This document shows positions 26,079 through 39,872 of a DNA stretch of 64,000 bases, piece after piece. Below the pieces are notes generated by a model. It was not told where the DNA came from, ran no database searches, and was given only the letters and a program-made list of their open reading frames with translations. The stretch's first letter is position 1. Each line of letters starts with the position of its first letter. Made by a program: the position numbers and the translations under genes. Source of the stretch: Phoronis australis (lineage: Eukaryota > Animalia > Phoronida); contig NMRA01000265.1 of NCBI GenBank assembly GCA_002633005.1, positions 178,328 through 242,327 of the forward strand, in the 5' to 3' direction.

Positions 26079-27202
26079 AACCAATAAAAACAGTCAACAA
26101 GTTTTATTTTAACACATGATGGGCAATATGTCTTTATGATAGTTTTCAAGGGTGTTTTTATTGTTCCCTTAAATTCCTATATAGTTAATAATAGGTCATG
26201 TCAAAATCAGCTTCAGACTAGACTAATTGAACTGTGCAGACAGCTCAGTCTAGCCACAGAATAAGCAATTCCCTTCAATTCATAGCTAATCATGTAAGAT
26301 TGGATTACGTAATTGCAACATTAAAAACATCAAATGATTTCCACAGACGAAAACAATGGCTTTATGGATGACATTGCACTGCTTTAAACTTTGATGATGC
26401 AACTGATAAAATAAATGTTAATTATTATTTTTACCATCAGTATTAGCGTTTCTCATACTTTCTTAGAAAAAGATAACGTAATATGTTGAATGCTGCGGAT
26501 ACATCCTGCAAACAATGGCATTCATGAAAAGGTGGGAACATGTGTAAAATAATCATATGCAAGTGTTGAATGTTACTGATAAGATCGTGCAAACAATGGT
26601 ATTGATAAAAAGGTGGGTAAATGTGTCAAATAATCACTGACATGACCATTGTGCTAATGCTAGGCTATACTTTTAGGAAGCAATAAAAATATAGACAAAT
26701 CTGACTGTGGAGGTACTTGCCTATAAATGTGTCGGTTTAATAACTCTTACAGAAGTCAACAAGTCACTTTATTCTTGTCATCGACACCTAAATTGACCAA
26801 TGTGAAATTCATACCTCATTTAGTATGCTTCATTTATCTCAATATTTGCATACATTATAGTGATGTCACAGTAATTCTTCACATATTTAGCACACAATAT
26901 GGCCGACAAATGAACCTCTGTTTTGTCAAATGTCTATGCAAAAGTAAAGAGTAAGAAAAATTTTTGTCTATTACTAGCCTGGTTTGGACTGTTTAGATGT
27001 CATAATAAAATAACATTTGTAGCAAAGCAATCAGCCTTTGGAAAAAGGAAAAATGAATCTGGCAATTACTTTTGTGCGAAATAAACGGAGAATTAGCATA
27101 TCCATTACCTGCAGAAAGAAGAAAGGGTCCTCTTTGCAGCAAACTAAACACACTGGCTGCACTTGACCGACAGCGCTGGTTCTGCCAGGTCAACCAGCAA
27201 TA

Positions 27203-27306
27203 CATCTGATTGGTTCTTGATGACCACTTCCATCTTATGGACCAATCAGATGTCTAAGCCGGATCACTCAGCGGAACAGGCGAGGTCAATCATTAGTTCA
27301 ACCAAT
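27203..27306. promoter_or_regulatory. Cluster of three CCAAT (NF-Y-type) boxes
   Basis: ATTGG at 27209, CCAAT at 27242 and CCAAT at 27302, in good NF-Y context (ccaatcag, ccaatgag). The first two form a 12-bp inverted repeat catctgattggt/accaatcagatg. Confidence 0.45.
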
Positions 27307-27586
27307 GAGAACAGAAAGCTCATGTGTTCTACAATATTGATGGAAGCTACGGCTACCACATGGCTAACCATATCCATGCATTTCACATTGATCATTGTTT
27401 CTCCAGCGCCACCTGATTGAAGACTTTTACTCATTCCAAAAGTCATAGCTACATTTTTCACTTCATTTTACAGTGAACGTTTATCATAATTTGAACATTT
27501 TATCCAATATGTGTAGAAAATAAATCTGAAACTAAATAAGGCGATGCAGATCCTCCCAAGGATACTATTGTTTTACGAAATGTAGA

Positions 27587-27712
27587 ATATAAATCGGTAA
27601 ATAAAACAACAAGAATGGATCAACTGAAATTTTCGAATGTAATAACTTCCTTTGTCAACAGAAACTGAAATAAAGTTGATCCATTCTTGTTGTTTTATTT
27701 ACCGATTTATAT
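27587..27712. repeat. Perfect 39-bp inverted repeat with a 48-bp spacer (tiny MITE or hairpin)
   Basis: atataaatcggtaaataaaacaacaagaatggatcaact (27587-27625) is the exact reverse complement of 27674-27712. Confidence 0.9.
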
Positions 27713-28429
27713 CCAATATGTGGTAAGGACAAGAACAACAATTTCTTGTTATGTACAAACAACAAGGTTTAAAAATGATGTGCTGATAAATGTCTTTAAA
27801 ACAAAGTTTAAAGCAAAGACTCTAAGAAGACGGGAATCACGGGAGACAACTAAATTTGAACTATCTCCAAAACCGATCAGGCTGTACTTAATCAGCTGTT
27901 TATCACATGCATAAACAGTACAGTTCACATGTTGCATTAAATGTCTTTAGGAAATGTAAAGTCAAATGTCTCGGAAAGATGGCAACTTCTATTTCACAAA
28001 ATGTATAAATTTAGATACTTTTTACAAATGACATCAATTTTGGTGTTCCACCATCTGGTCTGGTAAACAAAAACGGTAGTGGAACTAATATATAACGCAT
28101 GTAATTACTTTCCAAGACCAGGCTGGGCCTCTTTGGCAACTTGATCTTTTACAAACTTTCCTCAAAAAACTGCTTAACTGTATCCGTCGGGAATCTGAGA
28201 TTACTGCAGCCTGGCAAAAGATGAAGGGCTAATACTGAGAAGTCTGAGGTTTGATTTCATGTTTATTTTCACAAGTGATTAGCTGTGAACCAATGCTGCT
28301 GGGATACGTTTAACCAGGGAAAAAGCAAGGAATAAAACTATACACATAGACTTGTAGCTGCTATAAACCTCCAAAACAATAAATTATCAAAAGACGAAAG
28401 ACGCGATGAGTTTCAGGAAATAGAAAACG

Positions 28430-28765
28430 CAAAGCTGTATTTTGCCCTGTTTAACAGGCTAAAACCAAAATTAAATTAGGACTTCATATATTCCTTACCG
28501 TGATAGGATTTCATTTTCCTTACCAACTCAATTTACATGCAATGTGTACATGAGCCATTTTTGAATTTGCAATTTGAGTGTAACCTAACCCCAAACAAAC
28601 CTTGACGGGTCTTCACAAGAGTTTCTGATGATTTCGATGTTAATTATTGGTATCAGTGTTAGAATCCCATCATTTAAATCACACTATCAGATCGATTCGA
28701 TGGTAATTAAAGGCCTAAGTCAAGCTTCATTTTCAGCTCGCTAAACAGGGAAAATGTAGCTTTAA
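28430..28765. mobile_element. Old MITE-like fold-back; related arms at about 41730-41880 and 42230-42295
   Basis: aaagctgtattttgccctgtttaac...aaaa versus ttttcagctcgctaaacagggaaaatgtagcttt. The motif tcattttt..c..gctaaacaggg recurs at about 41842 and 42268. Confidence 0.55.
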
Positions 28766-31700
28766 AAATTGTAAGAACAAAAATGGACATCAAAAAACTA
28801 AAACATCTGAAATTTTATGAAAGGTTATGGAAAGTGCAACAAGCTGAAGACATAGAGAACAGCAGTGGAGTGGAAAGGGATCAGGGGAAGGGGGGTCATG
28901 ATGATATTGATAGTGAAAACAGAGCAGTCTTCAGGCAACATTAATCCTATTGGGCTACAGTTAAAAGAACAGCTCTCAGATGAAAACCCATTTTGCTAAT
29001 GTTAATTATCTCACAAAAATGTAAGCACGTGTATCAGGCTGTAAAATGTCTAACTGAAATTGTCAGTGAAGAACAGTGATTACCAACAGCAGTACCGGGA
29101 TTTATGGTAGGCGGCATGCATTTGTGCATAGGGATTTTGAAGGCAAGGTATGTGGAATACTACAGTCTAACCTTAAGTAGCCTTTTTATAGCTACCAAGA
29201 CCTACAGTGCACTAAAACGGCTGCTGACCTTTCAAGTGTAATTATGCATGATATTACACAGAGCATTTTTTACCAAGTGATTAGAACACCTGCCTACTCA
29301 ATAAGTCCAGCGCTTGCCAAAAGATTGCAACACGAATGCATAATAACCAGTCAATAACAAAATCTATTTGCACCTGCCTTCGGTGAAAAATATTGATTAG
29401 ACATTTTGACTATGTTACATAATTAGCCCCAAGTTGTTTTTATTCGAAACACAACTGTGAAACAATGAAATTTTGTAAAAAAACCATCCTGCTCACCTAC
29501 TTGGGACAATCAAAATTATTGAGCATATCATACTGGGTCTTTGTTTAGCAACTGACAGTGATATATATCCACCAACACATATTAAGCTGATGGTGTTACC
29601 GTAGCATAAGCCGCTGCCTCACAAATCAAATGTTTTCACTTTTTTGCTGGATTAGCCAGTTACTCAAATTCATGATAATAGCATGTCCAGTTAACAGACC
29701 CTGAAGTCCCTAAGATCCCATTAGGACCACTTTTTGTTATGTTTCTGAGCTGGGGAATAACTAACTGTCAATTCCTTATTATTTTTAGCTCAACAAAATG
29801 CAGTGGTTTCTTGTAAAGAGTAACAAATGCAATGGGACACAACCAGCTGGTTCCATGATCAAATGCTTAGATTGATACAGGTTTTTCCATGATGGCCTCT
29901 ACAATACATGCTGGTAAAAAAATGCAGGATCACTCAGAATGTTTGATGCCAAGCAATAACACAGTAGGGTGGGTGTTACACCCCTAAGGAAGCACAACCA
30001 AAAAAAACAACCAAAAAAACACCCCAGACAATACAAAACAATGCCTATGATTGAGTGCACCCTCACCCCTATACTGATCAGCCACTGTAACAGTGTATGA
30101 ATTTCTACATCCTTTGAAAAAATCTGCGTCATGAAGTACCATACAAAGGAGCAACCCACAGTTGTTATCAGAACATTTTTAACTATGGAAAATAACTCAA
30201 CAACCATCACTTTCCGGAAACAATCTATCCAAAGAAAAAACTCTAGCCTGAACACCAGTTGCAGTAAGCTTTGACATTAGTCAGACAGCAAAAACTTCTA
30301 GTTTTGAAATGATATTATCCTTATACTTAGTAACCACGGTGATTATCTTAGGCAAGAGTGATTCCTACAAAAACAGTTCATGCCAAAATTGTCATTTTTA
30401 CAATTTTCAAAAAACAAATGCTGATAACCAAGGTGCAAATAATAGAAACTGTAACAAATCTTGTTTTATCACATTTTCACAGCATAAGCAATGCTAATAG
30501 CAAACTAAAGTTTACTTAATCATGGTCTTTGTGGAGAATTCAATACAACAAAATAGAATTTCGCTTGTTGGCTATATTGTGAATTAAATAATGAACAATT
30601 ACCCTATAGCCAACAATCCCTCTGGAGAATGAAACAATACAACTGGATGCTCAACTGTGAAAACAGGCCCGGTGATGTCCAGGCCAGTTCTTTTACCCAT
30701 GATTTATTTCCCATGCTTAACCCCAGAGGTCAAGAGTAAGATGGTAGTTATAAGTAGTATGGGTAATAAATACACCTTTTCAAGTGATGGTTTTTATTCC
30801 AAGACAAGACTTTTTGCACGTGCCATTTACAAGTTACAAGGCCTTTAGTTTCCCACAAATATTTGTAATAGGTGAAACATCATACATACTTGACAACCTC
30901 TTGATATTTAGCTGGAGGTCACAGACATTTTTTTAGAAATATCCACAACTTAGGAAAAACCGGCAAATCCTTCTAATTTTCTTGAAAGCCATTTGAACAC
31001 TTTCCTTGAAGACCTGATGCTGCATCACGCTTCTTTCTCCTAGGATGCTGGTTTCGCAATTCCTTATCATGGTCAAGAGTGAAGAATTTGCAGGTATGCA
31101 GAAGAACTCAAGAACTGATTTTCTACTGGCCACCAAAAGTGACTATGCGCTCTTTAGCAGGTTCCTGCTACAATGATAAGTTTTGCAGAACTAAAGTTTA
31201 CCTGGTGTTGTAGGTCAGAGTCATCCTATGAGAACTGAAGCTGATCCAGACTCAAATAGGCCTTCCCCACTAGGAGTTTATTAGCATTCTTTCCTCACCA
31301 TACATACATGTAGTTGAATCCAAGTGTGAAAGCTCATTTACTCAGGACTAAATTTACTACAGTAACAAATTTATGATGGAACAAAAGACCTGCATTAGTG
31401 AGAGTGCTAAAGTCAATCCGATTACATAAGTATAGTGGGAAAGGTTTAGTATGGCCAGCAAATTTTGACAGTTAAAGCTAGTAATACACTTTATGGGTAA
31501 GTTAGTATAGGATGGGCACAATGTGTGCAGCAGAACACAGGAGATTTTTATGTTTATTTTTCAAGGAGTTTAATTAAATGATTACATCACCTTACACAGA
31601 GATAAGATAAGAGATTCATCTACTTATACTACCAGCACATTTCAAGGTTGTGCACTTGTGCAGCAAAGACAGTTTAAGTTTTTTTAGAACCTTATTGAAT

Positions 31701-32961
31701 AGTCTGTGTATTATATACCCCAAAACTATAGTTTTTAACTCAGTAAAAGTAAACATTTTCTGAAAGTAGAAAGCCTGCAGAATTTGATGTTTGACTTCAT
31801 ACCAATCTCCTATTAACTGGGTCACCTGACCATGGCTTTTTCATAAAATGTAGCGTACATAGCAAAGCAGCAGTATCTGTAACACGACGGAATTTCAATG
31901 TTCAAGATCCTCAAAATTGCTGCTACAATTTTCAAAAGTATCAATTCGTTTTCGTTCAATATGCAATTTTGGAGTTGAAATCATTAAAGTCCTATTTTTA
32001 ATAGCCCTCATGCAGAAACAGAACATGTTGAAACAATAATTATTCCACAACACTTTAAAGTTTCATAAGAATCCAATGAGCCATTTATGAGATATGACGT
32101 TGCAAACTTTGCCCAACATTTTTTTAGGAATCCACATAACCTTAATAACCAAAACAACATGAAAACCTGGACAAGTAATTCCTAGATTATCCAGCACTGG
32201 TTGCAGTTGATGATTTGAATGACATAACACATAGCAGAACCAGTTTTCCTCACACACATGTGACATACCAATAAATGTAATCCCGACTAAGGGAAGTAAT
32301 ACCGTAGATATATAATTCAGCATGGACTTCGGCACAGATTTAGTAAAAGTCTGTGACTCCAGTAAATCAAAAACACAGTCATACACACAAGAATGTTATC
32401 AAAACTTCAAAACTGATATTTCCTTGTTTGTAATCAAGCAGTAAAATATTTGTAGATGCAAAATAATATTTTAAAAACAAAAAAAAAACAACAACACAAC
32501 AGTACCTTCTAAATTTCTCTCAGAAAGTGAGAAGGCATTCTTAGCAGCAGCATTCTTCTGGCAGTAAGAAATATTGCCAAGTACTTGCTTGGTTCATGCT
32601 CCAGCACAATTCACTTGTAATGTTCTAGCACAGGTGGAATATGGAGCATATTTGTAATATTAAGCAGGTACTATATTGTGTTTACATACCAGAAACACTA
32701 TTCATTCATTTAATAACAAACACCTTCCCGGCCAAGTCACTTGAAAGCTTCTGCAGAATTTCATGCCTATCACAAATTCCATGAATTCTTCAATAATTAC
32801 ACTGCAGAAAAAGTAAATGCATCCTTTATATATCATTAAGATTTCACACATTTTTGAAGCAAGTCCTCTAAACCTAAGCTGTGGTCAGGTAGGGCTTGTA
32901 ACTGTAGTGTTATATAGTCATTAACCTTCGCGTGACACTAAAAACTGAAGGGAAGGGTTCA

Positions 32962-33204
32962 GGGGCTCTTTGCAAGAAAACTGACTTTGCTTAGACAAAT
33001 CTTAAATTTCCATCAATTTTAAGATAAAATTCGACTTTGTCTCAAGTCTGTTTTAAGAAAGAGATCTTAAGTTTGCCTTAAGATTTTGACTTAAGTTTTA
33101 TCTTAATTTTGCGGACTAACTGGATGTGGAAGTTTCAAAGTGAAGTAGACAAATATTAGACTTGAGTAGGAAATGAACTGAAGACAGTTTCTTGGAATGG
33201 GCCC
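32962..33204. mobile_element. Harbinger-derived MITE, copy 2
   Basis: gggctctttgcaagaaaac ... tttcttggaatgggccc with a CAG target-site duplication; colinear with copy 1. Confidence 0.9.
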
Positions 33205-36200
33205 CAGAAAGGCAAATCTTTTCCTAGGAAAACCAAGATCTTGCCAGACATTCCTGTGTATTTTCATTGAAAGAACATGACTTAGGTAGCGAGACAATTA
33301 TTGAATTCAACCTTGTTGTTGAGATTTACTTGAGCATCAGGCCAAATGAAAAAAAACATCTTAAGCATTAAGGATTATTATTAGTATCAAAATTGAGTTA
33401 AACTTGTCTTTGAATGAGAAAAATCCACTCGGGAGATATTGTTGTTTAAAAGAAATACAGGCTTCATCTCATTGTTCCTCCATGGTTGCAGGAAGTGTGA
33501 TTTGTCTTGGTAACATAATTATGATGAAAGTGAAGAAATGAAAGAATAAAAATTAAACTACGAAATTCAAGAAGATTCACATCAAACATTACGTACAGCC
33601 AAGACTAAACACTGACCGGCAATTTGCCTGAACACTGCGGGCTAGTACACACATAGAGAATAGTGTATTATGCATACAAGTAACATAGCATTCCTTGTAA
33701 TTATGCTACAGGCGGAAAGTAATCGGACAAAATACTTGTCCTCATCATGATGGCTAATTCTGTAAACAGCAAAAATGACCAGTAATAACCAACAAGGCGG
33801 CTAAGTTTTAAGTACAGAATGGCTTAACAGCCATCTTACTCAAAATTTCCCGTTAATTTCCCTTCATTCTGTGACAGTGAATTTGGCTTCTGCCCAGCTG
33901 TCTAGTGGAACACTAAAAATTGCAGGTGATTTTGTCTGAATAAATTGGCTTGTAGTGGGTAGCAGCAAACTGAATACCCACAGTCACACAGGTTCTCTAT
34001 TTTTGCGTTTACACGTTTAGTTGACACGGAGCAAGATGATTGGGAGCAACTTGCTCAACCTCACAAACATAGGAGACAAAAATTGTCACCATAGTGTCAA
34101 TTTGCTCTGTATCAGTTATGCTTTCATACTTCATGCACTCAATCATCTGGTTCTGTGTCAGCTGAACCTTGTCAACTTTAAGTCTAGTGCAAACAGGATA
34201 TATGAGATGGGTTAAAATATGACATTCATATACACAGAAATCACAAAATGACACACATTTGCTATACTGAGGATTCATTGAATGCACAGAAAGGGGAAAT
34301 TTAAATTCTCCAAAATGAATCAAACTCATATTTTTGGAATTAATAATGCCATACGCAGTATGAATACATCCTACCATAAACTCATTTACTGCACTGTATT
34401 ATGAGAAAATTCAATCATAAAAATTGCATGAAGACTGAGAAAGTTTTTAACAACCTTGAGTGACACAGCATTAACTTTAGAGCGATTTTTACGACAAACA
34501 ACACAGAAACACATGGAGCAACCTGAGTATACCCACTTCACTTAAAAGAATGTTCTGTTGTATATATCCAAATCCTGATACCCCATCTAATGACCAATGG
34601 TCGCAAACATGCACTTTGTATGATATATATTTATTTTGAATATGCATACTCAACACTTTACCACCACATCAATAGATACATCTAGGAAAAATTTTTATGG
34701 TAGGCTGAAAATTATAGCCAACCATTTCAGCTTTATGGGCTGGGCCTCGAAAAATGTTGTGTTATGTGGTCCTGTATGACACATAAAACCATACTAAAAA
34801 TGGTGAGTCCCATGACCCAATTTTATGCAAGTCTTTTGTGCCTCTGTCCTTGAAAATTGTACAATATATTTGACGCAATTTCTATTTTTACTGAATGAAC
34901 TGCGGAAGTGTTCTGAAATATTAAGAAGCCACACAACATACCCAAGGCAAAAAATACCAATGCCTAACTTGAATGAATCATCAACTTGAAGTAGAAATAT
35001 GACAAAAGAAGTCAATAAATTTAAAGATACTCTTTCCGTTTCTTTTCACTTCAAAATTCATTGCAGTAATTTGACCAAACCTCAAGCTAGTAGAAACTTT
35101 TAGCCAGGCAAATTATTTTGTTTCAATACGAAATCAAATCTCTTCAAAATAAGCAGAATTCGAATAAGAAATTTTTAGATAACTTTTAATTTTTGGCGGT
35201 GCAGCATCCACAAAAATGGCTTCTACTGTGCTGAGACAACTAGCATTTCATTTTTAAATATTTTTAAGTAAAAAATGGAAATACATGAAAGACTAATTTA
35301 CGAACTTGTTAATGCTGTCTCTCAATAGGTTGGTGAAACTCTTTCAATGATCCAAACTGGCGAAAAGTAAAGTTCATCAAGTTCACCCAGCGTTCATAGT
35401 GAAATCTGGAAAAATTAAGAACACAAGGCCTTTTCATGCAATTTCTTGTGGATTTTTTTCCAGAATCCTGTAATTTACCACATGAATGGCAAAACATGCA
35501 GAATTTCTGATCATAACCAATCAACTGAAAATTCTGCAGAAAATATCTGCAAAGAACTCGCATGAAGTCCTGCTAATTCACTGCCGACACAAAACAAATT
35601 TCACAGCACAAATGATGGTGGGGAAAACTACTTCCACAAATTTCACTGCAGTCGGCTTGGTTTGGCAACCTGGAGGATGAGGACCTCAAACTTTGTTCAG
35701 CTACCTGAGTGTTATAATGGGGCGTAGGCGCACATAGGCGCAGCCAACCACCTTTTGGCATTTGATCGTAGCGCCTATGCACCATAAGTTAGGTTCAGTG
35801 CTCAAGTTGATACGGTGGGCTTTGGGCGCCTTAACTTACCTCTAATTTTACCACTACAGCACTGTCAACTACCTGGTAGAAATCCAAGGTCACCACAAAA
35901 AATTGCCATGCTGCATTTAAGCACTCACTCAAAACACCATAGGAAGTAAACTGAAGTCAAAATCGTTCGGCATAAATCGGAAGACCGTGATCATGTTCAC
36001 CTGCCTCAATAGAGAGCTGAGCCTGTGCATGGAATATTGGGCCTGACTCGGAGAAACTAATCGTTACACAGCACGGGATATACTCCTAATTTCCCGCTCA
36101 AGCACAAAAACCTGTGCAGAATTTGGGTGCATTGGTGAATATTTGCTGAATTCCACGGCCTTTCACTTCAGGTATCTTATTTATTTCATTTCAGTATCTC

Positions 36201-38629
36201 CGTCTGAATACACGTGAGATTAGGCCACCTCAGTTCACGCACGGAGACCTGGGGATTTTACAGGTTCGCTTCTGTGAGATGACGCTATGCTAAACGTCGA
36301 GCCCTGCACTGGACTGCATTTGAAAGAATTTTTAGTGTACACTACTGGTCTAGTGTTAAGTGTGTTGGGATGTTGGCGAGGCCAAGTTTCTGAGAGTCAC
36401 ACTGTCATCCAAATAATGTTCATGCATAATGTTCAAGCATAATATGAGGGGATGTCTTTGGGATCATTATTGGATGAGATACACTTCTTAAAGTTGTTAT
36501 GGTAAACATTCTCCAAAATGTCGGGCATTGCATTCTTTAATTCTTGAACGTTGGGTGGCCAGTATGGCCTATTTCTAAACTGACCTAATACAAAATAATG
36601 TAATGATACTGCCTCAAACTGGAGATTCGATCAGAGGCTACAAAACAACAAAATCACTCGTTTTAGTCATTTTGCTACAACTCACCAGTTCTGGTGGTTG
36701 TCTGCAAGATATTTAATGATGCTTAAATTATACTGCTCTGTAACACATGGGATTTGGCTCAGCGACCACTTTACCGCTGCTGCTGCAGAGCTGATGCGTT
36801 CAATTCATGATTACGTACCTGACTTCTGATTTTTATAAAATTATTTTTCTCACAGAGAATGCCACTTTAAAGAAAATAAAATCAATACCTTTGTGAAACA
36901 CTATGAAGCTTATTTCACTCAGCACTACACGCTGCATTGCATTTCCCAACCAGCAACTACTGGCTTCTTGCAGGTTGGGATTACAATAGGAACTTGTTGC
37001 AGTGCCTGGTCTTTTATGACTGGCGCCTTTTGTTTGAAGATCAGGGAATAGAGATGGGTGTAAGTGATGACTGCTCCCTATTTGTGGCAGTAATCTTTCC
37101 TCACTTATTTTGTACACTCAGTGGACTATAAAAAACAAAATCCATCAAATTAAACTGATCATTGGTTGAACCATAAAAACCTCTCAACAACTGACCAGAG
37201 AAAAAACACTGCAACTGCTGTTTGTTTGTTGATATGTCCTAATCTCTACTGTGTGTAACCTGCCTGAGCAACACAATGAGGAGACTTGACTTCCCTTATC
37301 TGAGCGATCTATTCCCACAAAGAATGTAGTGAAATTTGAATACCATGTCATAGTTCTTGTTCATTCTTTATTTCTCAAGTAAAGTCTATTGTTTATCCAG
37401 CCCTATCTGACCCACATGTTTCGATCAGTGACAGGCACTTTTCCTTTTGTTGTTTCACTGTAGGCCTACATCATTCACATGTGCCTAAAGTGCATTGCAA
37501 AATCATTTCAACGCATTCGTTCACAAGATGATTCGTTGTCGTCGCAGACTCTGACTGCTCCTCACATGGAACTTCTGTTCATGATCCCAGTTGTGGGCTT
37601 GGATCGTGTGACATCACCGATACAAATGGTTATCTGTAAACATGCACCATACTGCTCCGAACAGTGCAACAAAAGTCACAGAGAGTTTTTCTCAAGAAAC
37701 AGACAGAAACAACTTGCCTGTTGAGAGGCATACTAACACATCTCATATACAAACTGCAGTTCAGAATAAAAACACAACTCATCTTCACTCCAGGTGATCT
37801 TATTCGCAGTGAAGAGCTGAAGTCAGCCTGAGTGTTTGAGTTACATTAATACTAACAAATAAGTTAAAACCCCACCAGAAAGCGATGTCTAAGAATAGTA
37901 TGTCATAGTATTTTAGAGTTAAACATATCAGCAAAAGTGTTTTTGTGTAAGCAGTTGCGCATTCCATTGAGAGAAACTGTGTTTGAAATGTTTTTTGTTG
38001 TTTGTATCAGATTTGAATAGAAGTCAAGATGCGTACTTTTGTTTTCTTTTTCCGACTACTGAAGTAATAGCTATAGAGTAGTAATGTAGAGTATTTAACA
38101 TTCAGAAACTACAATATGGTATTATACCCACAAGATGCAATGAAACACTGAGATAAAAGATTAAAACAAATTACCAGTTGTTACTAACAAATATTACTGA
38201 GTTTTGAAGCACACTTTTTTGTCCTGCACCCCGACTTCCATGCCAATTACAATGGTGATTACATTAAGGTGTATAAATTCGTCTGATTGATATACCGGTC
38301 AACAAATCAAATTTTATCGTTACAAGAACCTTCCGTTTCAATGGTTTCAACTCCAGACGACAGCACAGTTTCAAAACCGAGGCTAAATCAGATATCAATC
38401 TTAAGTCCATAATTAAGCGCTCATTTGCTCTTTTGTCTGGCATCAGGACTCACATGCCAATTATCTACCACAAGATTAGAACGAAACAAAACTACTTTGA
38501 TTAACTGAAGCCTAACAAAACTATTTTTGGTAAATTTTATGTATTTCTTGAGATTCCAAATGGTCCAAACATAACTTTTAACGAGGAGTTTCAGTAAAAA
38601 AGCCAAACCCTGCAAAGAATCACTAGCTT

Positions 38630-39326
38630 AGGCCTTTTCCACTGCCTCCGAAGCTCCGGTGTTGCCGAACACTTAACTTAAGTCTTGAATCGGAGTTAAC
38701 ATTGCAAGTTAACTCCGAAGTAAAGAGGTGGATTTAACATCGAAGCGTCGATGCTTCGCTACAATGGGAACACTATAATATTACTTCGACTGGACGCCAT
38801 CGGAGTTATCAGCAAGGGTCACAGCCTACAGTGTTCGTCAACAGTGGATGGTGACTGGTTACTGTTTGTTAATATTTATTTCTAATACCGGTAATTATTA
38901 TTTTGGCGGTATAAACATTCTGTTTCAATTTATCCATGCACATGTAGTGTGCTACCAAAACGAGGGGCCGCCACGCCATACTACTTTTGTTTGGAACAGC
39001 TGTTAGCCTGCACAAGAGTTGATTCCTTTAATATGTCTAGTATATCATCATCGTCCCAACGTGGAAACTATAGGCTGTCTTGTGAAGTTGACGTTCTCAG
39101 TTGCCAACTGGGGATAGGGAGAGGTGACCTTGCAATTTTTATGGGAAGCACTGTCGAAAAACAGCAACGCCATATGACCAAAGGTCATGTTAGCGCCGCC
39201 TTAAGATAACTTTGCTGAGCTATAACTCTGAAGGTGATGGAGACACTATCCCTCAAACTTCGCAGTAAACCACAATTAACTTCGAAGCTTCGATACTGGT
39301 GAAGTTAACAGCACAGGAAAGACCTA
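38630..39326. mobile_element. Harbinger-like non-autonomous element, about 700 bp
   Basis: Termini taggccttttcc / ggaaagaccta; recurrent gttaac, cgaag and cttcga motifs near both ends; homology to 470-688. Confidence 0.6.
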
Positions 39327-39427
39327 TTGCCAGGAAGTCATCACTTAATAGCTCTGCTCCACACAAAATGATCTCAAATGAAAGAACCTGATAAACAGGC
39401 ACCTGGATGACAGCTGTTCTTGTATAT

Positions 39428-39872
39428 TAGGCAAATCTTACCCTAACAAGATTTGCGCACAAGTAGATGAGAATTAGCGTGCATTGTTTATCCCAGAGTA
39501 TCCAGCCAAGTCCTCGGCACATAAAAGGCTTGACGGTGCCGTCACGGATTGAAGGGGGCTAGGCTGAACATGCTGGATGAGATAATTGCGGTCATAAACC
39601 AACACGCTTGTTAAGCATACGAGTTTCAACGTAAAAAACCGAACAATAAGCGAGGCAATTTAAAAGACCGAATGACTGTTTTTAAAATTGAAGTGAGCTG
39701 TGTTTGCCAGAATTTTTAAGATCGAGGCATTATAAAAGAAATTAGTGAATAGATTTTCTTCAGCATTGCGGCTAAGCAACGAGCATAAATAATTTGTGAA
39801 TCAATTATGTATGAAAGGTTAGTAACAGTCTGGCTTAGGCTCACTTAGGCATTGGGCGAACACAACCCCAAA
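39428..39872 (+). mobile_element. Second copy of the element at 20683-21110
   Basis: Colinear similarity over about 430 bp, including cagtctggcttaggctcacttaggcattg. Confidence 0.85.

Larger units (their letters stand above)
25068..26090. mobile_element. Penelope-like inverted repeat (about 300-bp arms, about 83-bp spacer) with hammerhead-like ends
   Basis: Left arm 25070-25131 plus 25466-25702 is the reverse complement of right arm 25786-26075. Each outer end reads CTGATGA-t-GTCT.ATGAATAGAC-GAAACG. Confidence 0.75.

Noticed and set aside
27163-27461. Overlapping ORFs on both strands
   Set aside because: No recognisable protein motif; the region is better explained as regulatory.
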